A stretch of DNA of 64,000 bases from a virus: IMG/VR virus record IMGVR_UViG_3300028394_002011. One strand, given 5' to 3'. The notes under the pieces were generated by a model, which was given only the letters and a program-made list of their open reading frames with translations, had not been told where the DNA came from and ran no database searches. Position 1 is the first letter of the stretch. Every line of letters begins with the position of its first letter. Positions 1 to 6,540 of the stretch are shown one piece after another. The position numbers and the translations under genes were made by a program.

Positions 1-5
1 AACAT

Positions 6-81
6 GCTACTTTAGCTGATGTGGTCATAGCGGCGGTCTGAAGAACCGTTGAAAGAGGTTCGATTCCTCTAGGTAGCACCA
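6..81 (+). tRNA. tRNA-Phe(GAA)
   Basis: Cloverleaf; anticodon loop CT-GAA-GA; GGTTCGATTCC T-arm; encoded CCA. Confidence 0.93.
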
Positions 82-87
82 CTCAAT

Positions 88-164
88 GCCCCAGTGGCGC
101 AATTGGTAGACGCGGCTCTCTCAAAAGGAGTGTGTTCCCCGTTCGAGTCGGGGCTGGGGTACCA
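88..164 (+). tRNA. tRNA-Leu(CAA) with atypically short (5 nt) variable loop
   Basis: Acceptor GCCCCAG/CTGGGGT; Leu-type D loop (AATTGGTAGA); loop CT-CAA-AA; A discriminator; CCA. Confidence 0.85.
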
Positions 165-182
165 TATTATTAGGAGATTGAT

Positions 183-389
183 ATGAAAGCAGTTACATTT
201 AAAAATCGTATGAACAATGAACAATTTCTATGTGATGACGTTCGAACTGTTCAGCATATTGATGGAGTAGAATATTTACTTGTGCATAAGTTAGCACAAG
301 ATAGAAAATTTCTAATGCGTAAAGATGCATTAGAGAAAGTTAATACCGCTGTCGTTCAACGGAGAGGACAACACTCTTCTAAAGTGTGA
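183..389 (+). CDS. hypothetical protein (3' end overlaps tRNA-Arg)
   Basis: 68 aa ORF with strong AGGAG RBS; last approx. 45 nt lie inside the tRNA-Arg(TCT) gene. Confidence 0.6.
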   Translation: MKAVTFKNRMNNEQFLCDDVRTVQHIDGVEYLLVHKLAQDRKFLMRKDALEKVNTAVVQRRGQHSSKV

Positions 390-419
390 ATGAGGGTTCG
401 ACTCCTTCCAGCGGTGCCA
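345..419 (+). tRNA. tRNA-Arg(TCT)
   Basis: Acceptor ACCGCTG/CAGCGGT; anticodon stem ACACT/AGTGT with loop CT-TCT-AA; CCA. Confidence 0.9.
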
Positions 420-426
420 AGAATTA

Positions 427-501
427 CGGCCATTGGTGAAATGGATATCATCTCTGTCTTCGAAACAGAGGGTGTGGGTTCGATTCCTGCATGGCCGGCC
501 A
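427..501 (+). tRNA. tRNA-Arg(TCG)
   Basis: Acceptor CGGCCAT/ATGGCCG; loop CT-TCG-AA; CCA. Confidence 0.9.
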
Positions 502-509
502 TTTAACGG

Positions 510-538
510 TTGACAACTATAGTAATTGGCAATACAAT
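510..538 (+). promoter_or_regulatory. sigma70-type promoter
   Basis: TTGACA-17 nt-TACAAT upstream of ORF 569. Confidence 0.75.
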
Positions 539-568
539 TAAGTCATGTTTAACCAATGAAAGAAAAAC

Positions 569-1123
569 ATGAATCATTTACGTACTAGATATAAAGCTGA
601 TTGGTACGATAAAAAGATCGAACAGAATAAGGTAATTCAGGACGATCTTATTAGTATTATTAACAAGTATAAGGAACCTAATTTTCCTTGGTCAGAAGAT
701 ATGCTGAGATATCTCGAGAATGAAAACTTACTCGAAATTGCCATACCTACAGTTAACAAAGGTATTAGTGTAGTGTTAGGGGAAGGTATGGATTTTGATA
801 ATCATGGGGATGCTAAACTATCAATCGCAAGATTTCATTCAGGCGGTTCTAGTTACGCATCTGGCATTAAATGTAAGTATAAGGAATTTATATTAGCATA
901 CGTATATGAACCTATACAAAAGAAATCGTATTATTTTGCCTTTCCAAAAAAGTATAACGAACATACTATTCCGTTTGATAAAAACACAGGTGCACCAAAG
1001 CGTAATAATTATATGTGGGACTACGAATGTTCCACGTTTGAAGAAATGGCAAACTACAATATAGGATTAGGACTAGTTGAACAAATACCTAAAAATACAT
1101 TTGACAATTTCTTTTTTGCATAG
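569..1123 (+). CDS. hypothetical protein, possible PD-(D/E)XK nuclease
   Basis: 184 aa; LLE...GMDFDNHGDAK resembles the E...D...DxK nuclease signature. Confidence 0.5.
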   Translation: MNHLRTRYKADWYDKKIEQNKVIQDDLISIINKYKEPNFPWSEDMLRYLENENLLEIAIPTVNKGISVVLGEGMDFDNHGDAKLSIARFHSGGSSYASGIKCKYKEFILAYVYEPIQKKSYYFAFPKKYNEHTIPFDKNTGAPKRNNYMWDYECSTFEEMANYNIGLGLVEQIPKNTFDNFFFA

Positions 1124-1129
1124 TATAAT
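1101..1129 (+). promoter_or_regulatory. sigma70-type promoter
   Basis: Perfect TTGACA-17-TATAAT upstream of tRNA-Glu. Confidence 0.85.
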
Positions 1130-1180
1130 AGTCATATACTAAGCAATTAGTGTTGTTCTTTAAAAATTTAAATCAAATAT

Positions 1181-1255
1181 GGAGCCATCGTCTATCGGTT
1201 AGGACATCTGGTTTTCATCCAGGCAAGCGGGGTTCGATTCCCCGTGGCTCTTCCA
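1181..1255 (+). tRNA. tRNA-Glu(TTC)
   Basis: Cloverleaf; loop TT-TTC-AT; CCA. Confidence 0.9.
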
Positions 1256-1260
1256 TATAC

Positions 1261-1373
1261 GTGCTCTTTGAGTAGCTACAGTGGAACACCGAGAAACTTG
1301 CCAATGTCGACCAAAGCAAGGACCGGCCATGAAGAGAAGGGCTACCGTGGATTCAAGCGCCACAGCGAGCACC
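1261..1373 (+). ncRNA. candidate structured ncRNA (tRNA-cluster RNA A)
   Basis: Terminal stem GTGCTC/GAGCAC; inner stems GTAGCT/GGCTAC and CTTGC/GCAAG; T-loop-like GTGG-ATTCAAGCG-CCAC; fills the spacer between two tRNAs. Confidence 0.6.
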
Positions 1374-1379
1374 TTTTAT

Positions 1380-1453
1380 GTCTCATTAGTATAATGGCAG
1401 TATAGCGGTCTCCAAAACCGTTGGTCGGGGTTCGAGTCCCTGGTGGGACGCCA
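1380..1453 (+). tRNA. tRNA-Trp(CCA)
   Basis: Cloverleaf; loop CT-CCA-AA; CCA end. Confidence 0.92.
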
Positions 1454-1460
1454 AGCAAAT

Positions 1461-1545
1461 GCGAGTGTGGTGAAATAGGTAGACACAAGAGACTTAAAAT
1501 CTCTCGGCTTCGGTCGTGCCGGTTCGATTCCGGCCACTCGCACCA
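1461..1545 (+). tRNA. tRNA-Leu(TAA)
   Basis: Class II cloverleaf with long variable arm; loop CT-TAA-AA; CCA. Confidence 0.95.
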
Positions 1546-1563
1546 TTTTATAGGAGAAGCTGT

Positions 1564-1707
1564 ATGTCAAAGCAAGAAGACACTTTAAACAGGGCATACG
1601 GCAACGTGCCTAATGAAGTAGGTTACGTTTTTGATTTAGATTTTTTGCCAGGATGGCGTGGTATAAAATATTACTGGTATAAATTAATACGTAAGGTAAC
1701 AAGGTAA
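1564..1707 (+). CDS. small hypothetical protein (47 aa)
   Basis: AGGAG RBS before ATG at 1564; the longer ORF from 1516 would start inside tRNA-Leu. Confidence 0.6.
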   Translation: MSKQEDTLNRAYGNVPNEVGYVFDLDFLPGWRGIKYYWYKLIRKVTR

Positions 1708-1714
1708 AGAACAT

Positions 1715-1804
1715 GGAGCGGTGGCCGAACGGTAAGGCAGCGGATTGCTAATCCGTACAACGTGTTAAAGCGTTGACTGGGTTCGACTCCCAGTCGCTCC
1801 GCCA
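1715..1804 (+). tRNA. tRNA-Ser(GCT)
   Basis: GGAGCGG acceptor; loop TT-GCT-AA; long variable arm; G discriminator; CCA. Confidence 0.95.
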
Positions 1805-1822
1805 ATTTTAAAAAGAGAAAAT

Positions 1823-2056
1823 ATGAAACCAAATAAGACATTTAAATTAAGCAAAACAACTAAACGTATGATTGCATTAATGAAAGGTTCAACAGCAGAA
1901 CAACGTAATCAATACAAACGAATGATGATCGATGCCGAACTCTGTGCGGCCATTGTTCCAAAGAGTGTTAAATCAGACCGTAATGCTCCACGAGGTAACG
2001 GTCCTACAGGTTATCAAACTAATGATACCGGTACTGCTAGTACTAGTACAGTTTAA
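1823..2056 (+). CDS. hypothetical protein
   Basis: 77 aa ORF filling the tRNA spacer. Confidence 0.65.
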   Translation: MKPNKTFKLSKTTKRMIALMKGSTAEQRNQYKRMMIDAELCAAIVPKSVKSDRNAPRGNGPTGYQTNDTGTASTSTV

Positions 2057-2076
2057 AATATAAGTAACAGCGTTTT

Positions 2077-2152
2077 GCCGCTTTAGCTCATTTGGTAGAG
2101 CAGCCGCCTTGTAAGCGGCAGGTGGTCAGTTCAAATCCGACAAGCGGCACCA
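2077..2152 (+). tRNA. tRNA-Thr(TGT)
   Basis: Cloverleaf; loop CT-TGT-AA; CCA. Confidence 0.95.
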
Positions 2153-2157
2153 AGAAA

Positions 2158-2355
2158 CCCCGTCTACACTTCTACGTTAAAGAAGTGCGTCATTACAGTA
2201 ACGATATCTGTACGGTGCATTGGATCTACCGCAAGGCCCATTTAAAGGCGACTTGAGAAATCACAAAGGCGGGGACGATTGCCCGTCTAAATGGAAAAAG
2301 AACGTGGACAGAGTAACCGCTCAGTCTAGGGCTCCTGTGGTGGGAGTGGCTAGAC
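2158..2355 (+). ncRNA. candidate multi-stem ncRNA (tRNA-cluster RNA B)
   Basis: CCCCGTC/GGCGGGG closing stem; hairpins CACTTCT/AGAAGTG, TACAG/CTGTA and GTCTAG/CTAGAC; long-range CCATTTA/TAAATGG; no ORF of 60 aa or more in the ORF track. Confidence 0.55.
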
Positions 2356-2453
2356 ACTTTAATCAAACTCATTTAGCTTGAACATAGTTTGGGTAGTAAG
2401 GACCGGCCACCATCAGCGTGATGAAAAAGGCCTAAGTGTGTTTGATTAAAGTG
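2355..2453 (+). ncRNA. candidate long-hairpin ncRNA (tRNA-cluster RNA C)
   Basis: Perfect 14 bp inverted repeat CACTTTAATCAAAC/GTTTGATTAAAGTG extended by CATTTAG/CTAAGTG; shares the 12-mer AAGGACCGGCCA with RNA A. Confidence 0.6.
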
Positions 2454-2526
2454 CGGGATTAGTTTAATGGTAAAACAGCAGATTTCCAATCTTCGGTCGG
2501 GGGTTCGATTCCCCCATCCCGCTCCA
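2453..2526 (+). tRNA. tRNA-Gly(TCC)
   Basis: GCGGGAT acceptor; loop TT-TCC-AA; T discriminator; CCA. Confidence 0.93.
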
Positions 2527-2540
2527 ATTTAAGGAAAAGT

Positions 2541-3134
2541 ATGAAGGTATATCACAAAGATTATCTTTACGGATTTAACTTAGATTCTGTCAACAATGAA
2601 GAATTAGTTAAATTCTGTCTTGAAGTTGAGCGTTCGCTAATAAACGCCTTGCCTCCTATTGATCCGGGCTGGTACGGTAATCCAGCAAGTGCCCATCACA
2701 TGTCGTATAATCTTCTTACATTTCCCAACAAAGAATTAAACAAATTGTACCATTCAATGGTGGATACTGTAACTCCATTGTTGGATACAGACACTGCTTA
2801 CATGATAAAGAGTTGGTTGAATGTGTATCGTGTGGGCCAACACATTGATTGGCACGGACATTGGCCAGCAAAAGATCGAGTGTGGCATGGATTCTATTGT
2901 GCCCAAGTTGGTGACAGTTGTACATACTATAAGATTCCTGAAGTCAAAGGTGTAGTAACTGTGCCAAGCGAAGAAGGATTGTTAGTAATAGGCAAGAGTG
3001 CTGGCGACGAACATCGTAGCTCAGATTGGCAAGATATAACTAGGCCAAGAATGACTCTGGCATTTGATATTATTCCAATAGAATCCATAAATGATATGTT
3101 GTTTGTAAATCATTATTTGCCATTCAAATTATGA
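2541..3134 (+). CDS. putative 2OG-Fe(II) oxygenase
   Basis: WLNVY..GQHIDWHGH, distal EHRSS and RMTLAFD typical of phage 2OG oxygenases. Confidence 0.7.
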   Translation: MKVYHKDYLYGFNLDSVNNEELVKFCLEVERSLINALPPIDPGWYGNPASAHHMSYNLLTFPNKELNKLYHSMVDTVTPLLDTDTAYMIKSWLNVYRVGQHIDWHGHWPAKDRVWHGFYCAQVGDSCTYYKIPEVKGVVTVPSEEGLLVIGKSAGDEHRSSDWQDITRPRMTLAFDIIPIESINDMLFVNHYLPFKL

Positions 3135-3379
3135 TTGATTATATAACAACATTTTTTGCAATTTTTTTACTCGATATTGTTTACACATACTACTTAAGAT
3201 GTGTACAATACGAACAAGCATTAACAGCCAGTGGTTGGAGTGTAGCCTGTTATATTTTAGGAAGTGTAGCAGTTATAAATTACACAACCAATCATTGGTT
3301 AATCATTCCAGCAATGGCGGGTGCGTTTTGTGGCACCTATGTTGGTATGAAGATTAGAAAGAAACAATTCGGAGTGTAG
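3131..3379 (+). CDS. small membrane protein
   Basis: 82 aa with about three hydrophobic segments; stop codon lies within the first 10 nt of tRNA-Pro. Confidence 0.7.
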   Translation: MIDYITTFFAIFLLDIVYTYYLRCVQYEQALTASGWSVACYILGSVAVINYTTNHWLIIPAMAGAFCGTYVGMKIRKKQFGV

Positions 3380-3446
3380 CGCAGTCTGGTAGCGCACCTG
3401 GTTTGGGACCAGGGGGTCCAAGGTTCGAATCCTTGTACTCCGACCA
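3370..3446 (+). tRNA. tRNA-Pro(TGG)
   Basis: CGGAGTG acceptor; loop TT-TGG-GA; CCA. Confidence 0.95.
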
Positions 3447-3452
3447 AGTTGA

Positions 3453-3528
3453 AGCAGAGTGTTAGAAGTGGTATCTGGCTAGGCTCATAACCTAGAGGTC
3501 GGTGGTTCGAATCCATCCTCTGCAACCA
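3453..3528 (+). tRNA. tRNA-Met(CAT), initiator-like
   Basis: Loop CT-CAT-AA; 1:72 mismatch (A:A) as in fMet tRNAs; only two G-C pairs at the base of the anticodon loop. Confidence 0.85.
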
Positions 3529-3540
3529 ACCAACCAATCG

Positions 3541-3615
3541 CTCGTTATAGTTCAATGGATAGAACGAGTTCCTCCTAAGAATTAGATACAGGTTCGATTC
3601 CTGTTAACGGGACCA
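3541..3615 (+). tRNA. tRNA-Arg(CCT)
   Basis: Cloverleaf; loop CT-CCT-AA; CCA. Confidence 0.9.
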
Positions 3616-3621
3616 AAAGAA

Positions 3622-3650
3622 TTGACATTGTCATAATTCAACTGTATAAT
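3622..3650 (+). promoter_or_regulatory. sigma70-type promoter
   Basis: Perfect TTGACA-17-TATAAT upstream of the rpoZ-like gene. Confidence 0.85.
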
Positions 3651-3670
3651 ATAATTTTAACGGAGCACAT

Positions 3671-3931
3671 ATGAAACAACGCATATTCAATCAAGTACGT
3701 AAACCGCTTGACCTTAGTCGTGGCCCTGGCATTGACACTGAAATTTGTACAGCTCAAGCTGGCGGAAATAGATTCAATCTTGTGCTGATTGCAAGTGAAC
3801 GTGCAAGGGAAATCCGTCGACAAAATAAAGAAAGTGATAAGCGTGAACATGTTCACAGCATTGTTACTGCTCTTGAAGAAATTCAAGCTGGTAAAATTGA
3901 ACCACGTAAATATCTCAACAAAGTAAAATAA
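3671..3931 (+). CDS. rpoZ: RNA polymerase omega subunit-like protein
   Basis: NRFNLVLIASERAREI and VTALEEIQAGKI match the omega conserved regions (NRYxLVxxAxxRARxL ... xxALxEIxxG). Confidence 0.8.
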   Translation: MKQRIFNQVRKPLDLSRGPGIDTEICTAQAGGNRFNLVLIASERAREIRRQNKESDKREHVHSIVTALEEIQAGKIEPRKYLNKVK

Positions 3932-3938
3932 GAATTTT

Positions 3939-4013
3939 GCCTGGATAGCTCAGGGGTAGAGCAACGCCTTTACACGGCGAAGGTCCGCGGTTCGAAACCG
4001 TGTCCAGGTACCA
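3939..4013 (+). tRNA. tRNA-Val(TAC)
   Basis: Cloverleaf; loop TT-TAC-AC; CCA. Confidence 0.93.
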
Positions 4014-4019
4014 AACAAT

Positions 4020-4096
4020 GTGGGTGTGCCGCTGAATGGTTAGGCCCCGGATTGCAAATCCGTTCCATGCAGGTTCGAGTCCTGTCACCCACTCCA
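4020..4096 (+). tRNA. tRNA-Cys(GCA)
   Basis: GTGGGTG/CACCCAC acceptor; loop TT-GCA-AA; T discriminator; CCA. Confidence 0.92.
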
Positions 4097-4119
4097 AAAT
4101 ATATAAAACAACAGTTTTG

Positions 4120-4154
4120 AACCAAGTTAACGTAGGTTGACTGGGTTTCTTTTT
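4120..4154 (+). terminator. putative intrinsic terminator ending the tRNA cluster
   Basis: AACC-A-AGTTAAC/GTTGACT-G-GGTT stem followed by TCTTTTT; overlaps the next -35 box. Confidence 0.55.
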
Positions 4155-4165
4155 GATGCTATAAT
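4137..4165 (+). promoter_or_regulatory. sigma70-type promoter
   Basis: TTGACT-17-TATAAT. Confidence 0.8.
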
Positions 4166-4194
4166 AGCTACATACAAACACACAGGAGCAAGAA

Positions 4195-4386
4195 ATGGGA
4201 TTCAAAATTTTGGGCAGAACAGAAGACATCATGCAAGGCTACGGCCCTCTTCCAAAATTAGAAGGCCCGTTTTGTTTTGATGGACGTATTTTGTACTATG
4301 ATCCACGCGAAGGCAAGTACTGGGATCCTAAGACGGATTTTTATGTACCGCATGATGATTATTTTAGAATGGTAGGTTTGATCTAA
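4195..4386 (+). CDS. hypothetical phage protein
   Basis: 63 aa with AGGAG RBS; LEGPF..GRILYYDP.EG.Y.D motif. Confidence 0.75.
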   Translation: MGFKILGRTEDIMQGYGPLPKLEGPFCFDGRILYYDPREGKYWDPKTDFYVPHDDYFRMVGLI

Positions 4387-4847
4387 TGCCCGTATGCTAT
4401 CAGTTAATTGGCGTTCCTGCCGCAGGCAAAAGTACTTGGATCAAAGATCAAATTTGGGCTTTGGGTTTGACTGTGGTCAGTACCGATCCGTTTGTAGAAG
4501 ATTATGCAAAGACACAGGGTAAGACTTACACAGAAGTGTTTAAGGATTATATGCCTACAGCAGTAGAATTAATGGCTAAACAAGTAGTATTTGCACGTGA
4601 TCATGAACATACTGTAATTTGGGATCAGACTAGCACCACAGTTAAAAGTCGTGCTAGGAAGTTTAATATGCTTCCAAATTACAAGCACATTGCAGTTGTG
4701 TTCCGTACACCGCCAGTAGACGTTCTTAAAGAACGTTTAGCCAGCAGGCCAGGTAAAGATGTGCCTTGGGAAGTTGTACAAGATATGATTGACAATTGGG
4801 AAGAACCTACCAACAAAGAAGGTTTTGAAGAAATTTGGTTTGTTTAA
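4386..4847 (+). CDS. P-loop kinase (AAA_33 / polynucleotide kinase-like)
   Basis: Walker A GVPAAGKST; VIWDQT; RxxxR lid. Confidence 0.85.
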   Translation: MPVCYQLIGVPAAGKSTWIKDQIWALGLTVVSTDPFVEDYAKTQGKTYTEVFKDYMPTAVELMAKQVVFARDHEHTVIWDQTSTTVKSRARKFNMLPNYKHIAVVFRTPPVDVLKERLASRPGKDVPWEVVQDMIDNWEEPTNKEGFEEIWFV

Positions 4848-4856
4848 GGAAAACAT

Positions 4857-5102
4857 ATGACTATTAGAGAGTATGAAAGCATTCAAGGCGACAACTTAGA
4901 AGAATCCGATATGGCTCAGCTGTTATCAACTACTGCGAACGCTGATGCAGTAGCAAGGATTAGGGCGGCATTGCCCACAGGCCCTAGTTTAAGTCATTGC
5001 GATGAATGTGGGGAAGAAATTCCCAAAGCAAGACAACTAGCAGTAAAAGGTTGCAAGATGTGCATTGATTGTCAAATTGCAAGCGAACGAATGAAAAGAT
5101 AA
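4857..5102 (+). CDS. TraR/DksA C4-type zinc finger protein
   Basis: CDECGEEIPKARQLAVKGCKMCIDCQ; N-terminal EESDMA acidic tip. Confidence 0.9.
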   Translation: MTIREYESIQGDNLEESDMAQLLSTTANADAVARIRAALPTGPSLSHCDECGEEIPKARQLAVKGCKMCIDCQIASERMKR

Positions 5103-5111
5103 GGAGGCATT

Positions 5112-5579
5112 ATGCCTTGGATTGAAAACGTGGCCGCCGCTGATATTCCAACGGGATTTCATCACGATGCTGGCCCTAATAGCATGTTGATCAGTATTGT
5201 GGATCCGGCCAGCTGGCGTCCAGAAGCCAAGCACCAGTTTAAAGAACGTCACAACTTTGAGTTCTTGGATGTAGAAGAAAAAGATTCCGTGCTAGAGGAA
5301 GCAATGAAATGTAGTCATGAGCAGGCTGCAGAGTTGGTTCGGTTGCTACAATACGCATTAGAAAATCGTATGAATGTAGTGGTTCATTGTTATGCTGGCA
5401 TTTGCAGATCGGGTGCGGTTTGTGAGGTTGGTGTTATGATGGGATTCGACGATACTGAAAGATTTCGTAGCCCTAATTTGCTAGTCAAACACCGAATGAT
5501 GAAGGCTTTAGGATGGACCTATGATACGGACGAAAAGCCAAACATTGATGATTGGCGAACTTTTAGGTCGGTTGACTGA
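5112..5579 (+). CDS. dual-specificity/tyrosine phosphatase-like protein
   Basis: HCYAGICRS = HCxxGxxRS P-loop. Confidence 0.85.
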   Translation: MPWIENVAAADIPTGFHHDAGPNSMLISIVDPASWRPEAKHQFKERHNFEFLDVEEKDSVLEEAMKCSHEQAAELVRLLQYALENRMNVVVHCYAGICRSGAVCEVGVMMGFDDTERFRSPNLLVKHRMMKALGWTYDTDEKPNIDDWRTFRSVD

Positions 5580-5600
5580 TTGCGGAATAAGTAGTATAAT
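5572..5600 (+). promoter_or_regulatory. sigma70-type promoter
   Basis: TTGACT-17-TATAAT. Confidence 0.8.
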
Positions 5601-5626
5601 AACTACTTAAACAAGAAAGGTACTCA

Positions 5627-5800
5627 ATGGCTGGCAAAGCAAAATCGGTTTACTTAACAGTAACCAAAAAAGGTTCAATGAAAACAGAGTTTCATAAAAT
5701 GTTTTTTGATGCTAAATCATTTAACGAGTATGTAAAGTCTGATGAATTTAAGGCCAAATGGCCCGCCGAAGAGTATAATATTGTAAAAGAAACTTATTAA
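5627..5800 (+). CDS. small hypothetical protein (57 aa, MAGKAKSVYL...)
   Basis: Read by eye; AAGG RBS; lies directly behind the promoter; below the ORF-track cutoff. Confidence 0.7.
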   Translation: MAGKAKSVYLTVTKKGSMKTEFHKMFFDAKSFNEYVKSDEFKAKWPAEEYNIVKETY

Positions 5801-5815
5801 AGAAAGGAGCATAAT

Positions 5816-6421
5816 ATGCCGAGTGTATTCTTAGTAAGCGACACGCACTTTGGACACACAGGTGTATGCCGCTTCACACGTAACGATGGTGTTACAAAAC
5901 TTCGACCATGGGACTCCGCAGAGGAAATGGACGAAGCTATGGTCAAGGCGTGGAACGAACGGGTAAAACCCACTGACAAGGTCTATCATTTAGGTGATGT
6001 TGTCATCAACCGTAAAGCGTTAAGCATCATGTCGAGATTAAACGGCGACAAAGTTTTAATTCGTGGTAACCACGATATCTTTAGAGATGACGAGTATCGC
6101 TTGTACTTTAGAGAACTTAGAGCTTATCACGTTATGAACGGTATGATCCTTAGCCATATTCCGTTACACAGCGAAAGCATGGGCAGGTTTGGGGTTAACA
6201 TTCACGGACACTTACACGCAAATCGCGTAAAGAAGGCTCGCGGAGTTGATGCTAGAACTGGAGAAATCCTTTACAGCGACGATATCGATACACGTTATCA
6301 TTGCGTATGCGTGGAACAAACTCCGGACTTTGCTCCTATCTTATTCGAAGACGTTATTGCACGTATCGAAGCAGAAGGTGGATCAGTAGGATTTAAATCC
6401 GGTAACGGACCTACTATGTAA
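5816..6421 (+). CDS. calcineurin-like metallophosphoesterase
   Basis: SDTHFGH, HLGDV, RGNHD, SHIP, HGHLH motifs. Confidence 0.92.
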   Translation: MPSVFLVSDTHFGHTGVCRFTRNDGVTKLRPWDSAEEMDEAMVKAWNERVKPTDKVYHLGDVVINRKALSIMSRLNGDKVLIRGNHDIFRDDEYRLYFRELRAYHVMNGMILSHIPLHSESMGRFGVNIHGHLHANRVKKARGVDARTGEILYSDDIDTRYHCVCVEQTPDFAPILFEDVIARIEAEGGSVGFKSGNGPTM

Positions 6422-6433
6422 TAGTAGTAGTTT

Positions 6434-6462
6434 AAAATAGGGCCTACGGGCCCTATTTTTTT
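6434..6462 (+). terminator. intrinsic terminator
   Basis: AAAATAGGGCC-TAC-G-GGCCCTATTTT hairpin followed by a T tract. Confidence 0.85.
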
Positions 6463-6484
6463 GGGTCCATGTTCTGATCAAACG

Positions 6485-6492
6485 AATAAATA
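6485..6492 (+). promoter_or_regulatory. T4-like late promoter motif
   Basis: AATAAATA upstream of the tail fibre gene. Confidence 0.55.
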
Positions 6493-6540
6493 TACTATAA
6501 TGATCAATCAAATTGATTAAAGAATATTGGAGATAAACGC

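Noticed and set aside
2355-2453. SRP (4.5S) RNA, 6S RNA or hammerhead ribozyme
   Set aside because: The size fits 4.5S, but the CAGG-GNRA-GCAG helix-8 signature is absent; it is too short for 6S; GTGATGA is present, but a proper CTGATGA/GAAA hammerhead core is not
2153-2526. tmRNA or intron-containing tRNA
   Set aside because: The 3' tRNA-like part is a complete tRNA-Gly; no tmRNA 5' end, tag ORF or group I P/Q/R/S motifs were seen
1376-4232. Minus-strand ORFs 1376-1597, 3337-3555 and 3915-4232
   Set aside because: They are antisense translations of tRNA genes (GIEP/GFEP/GLEP come from reversed T-arms)
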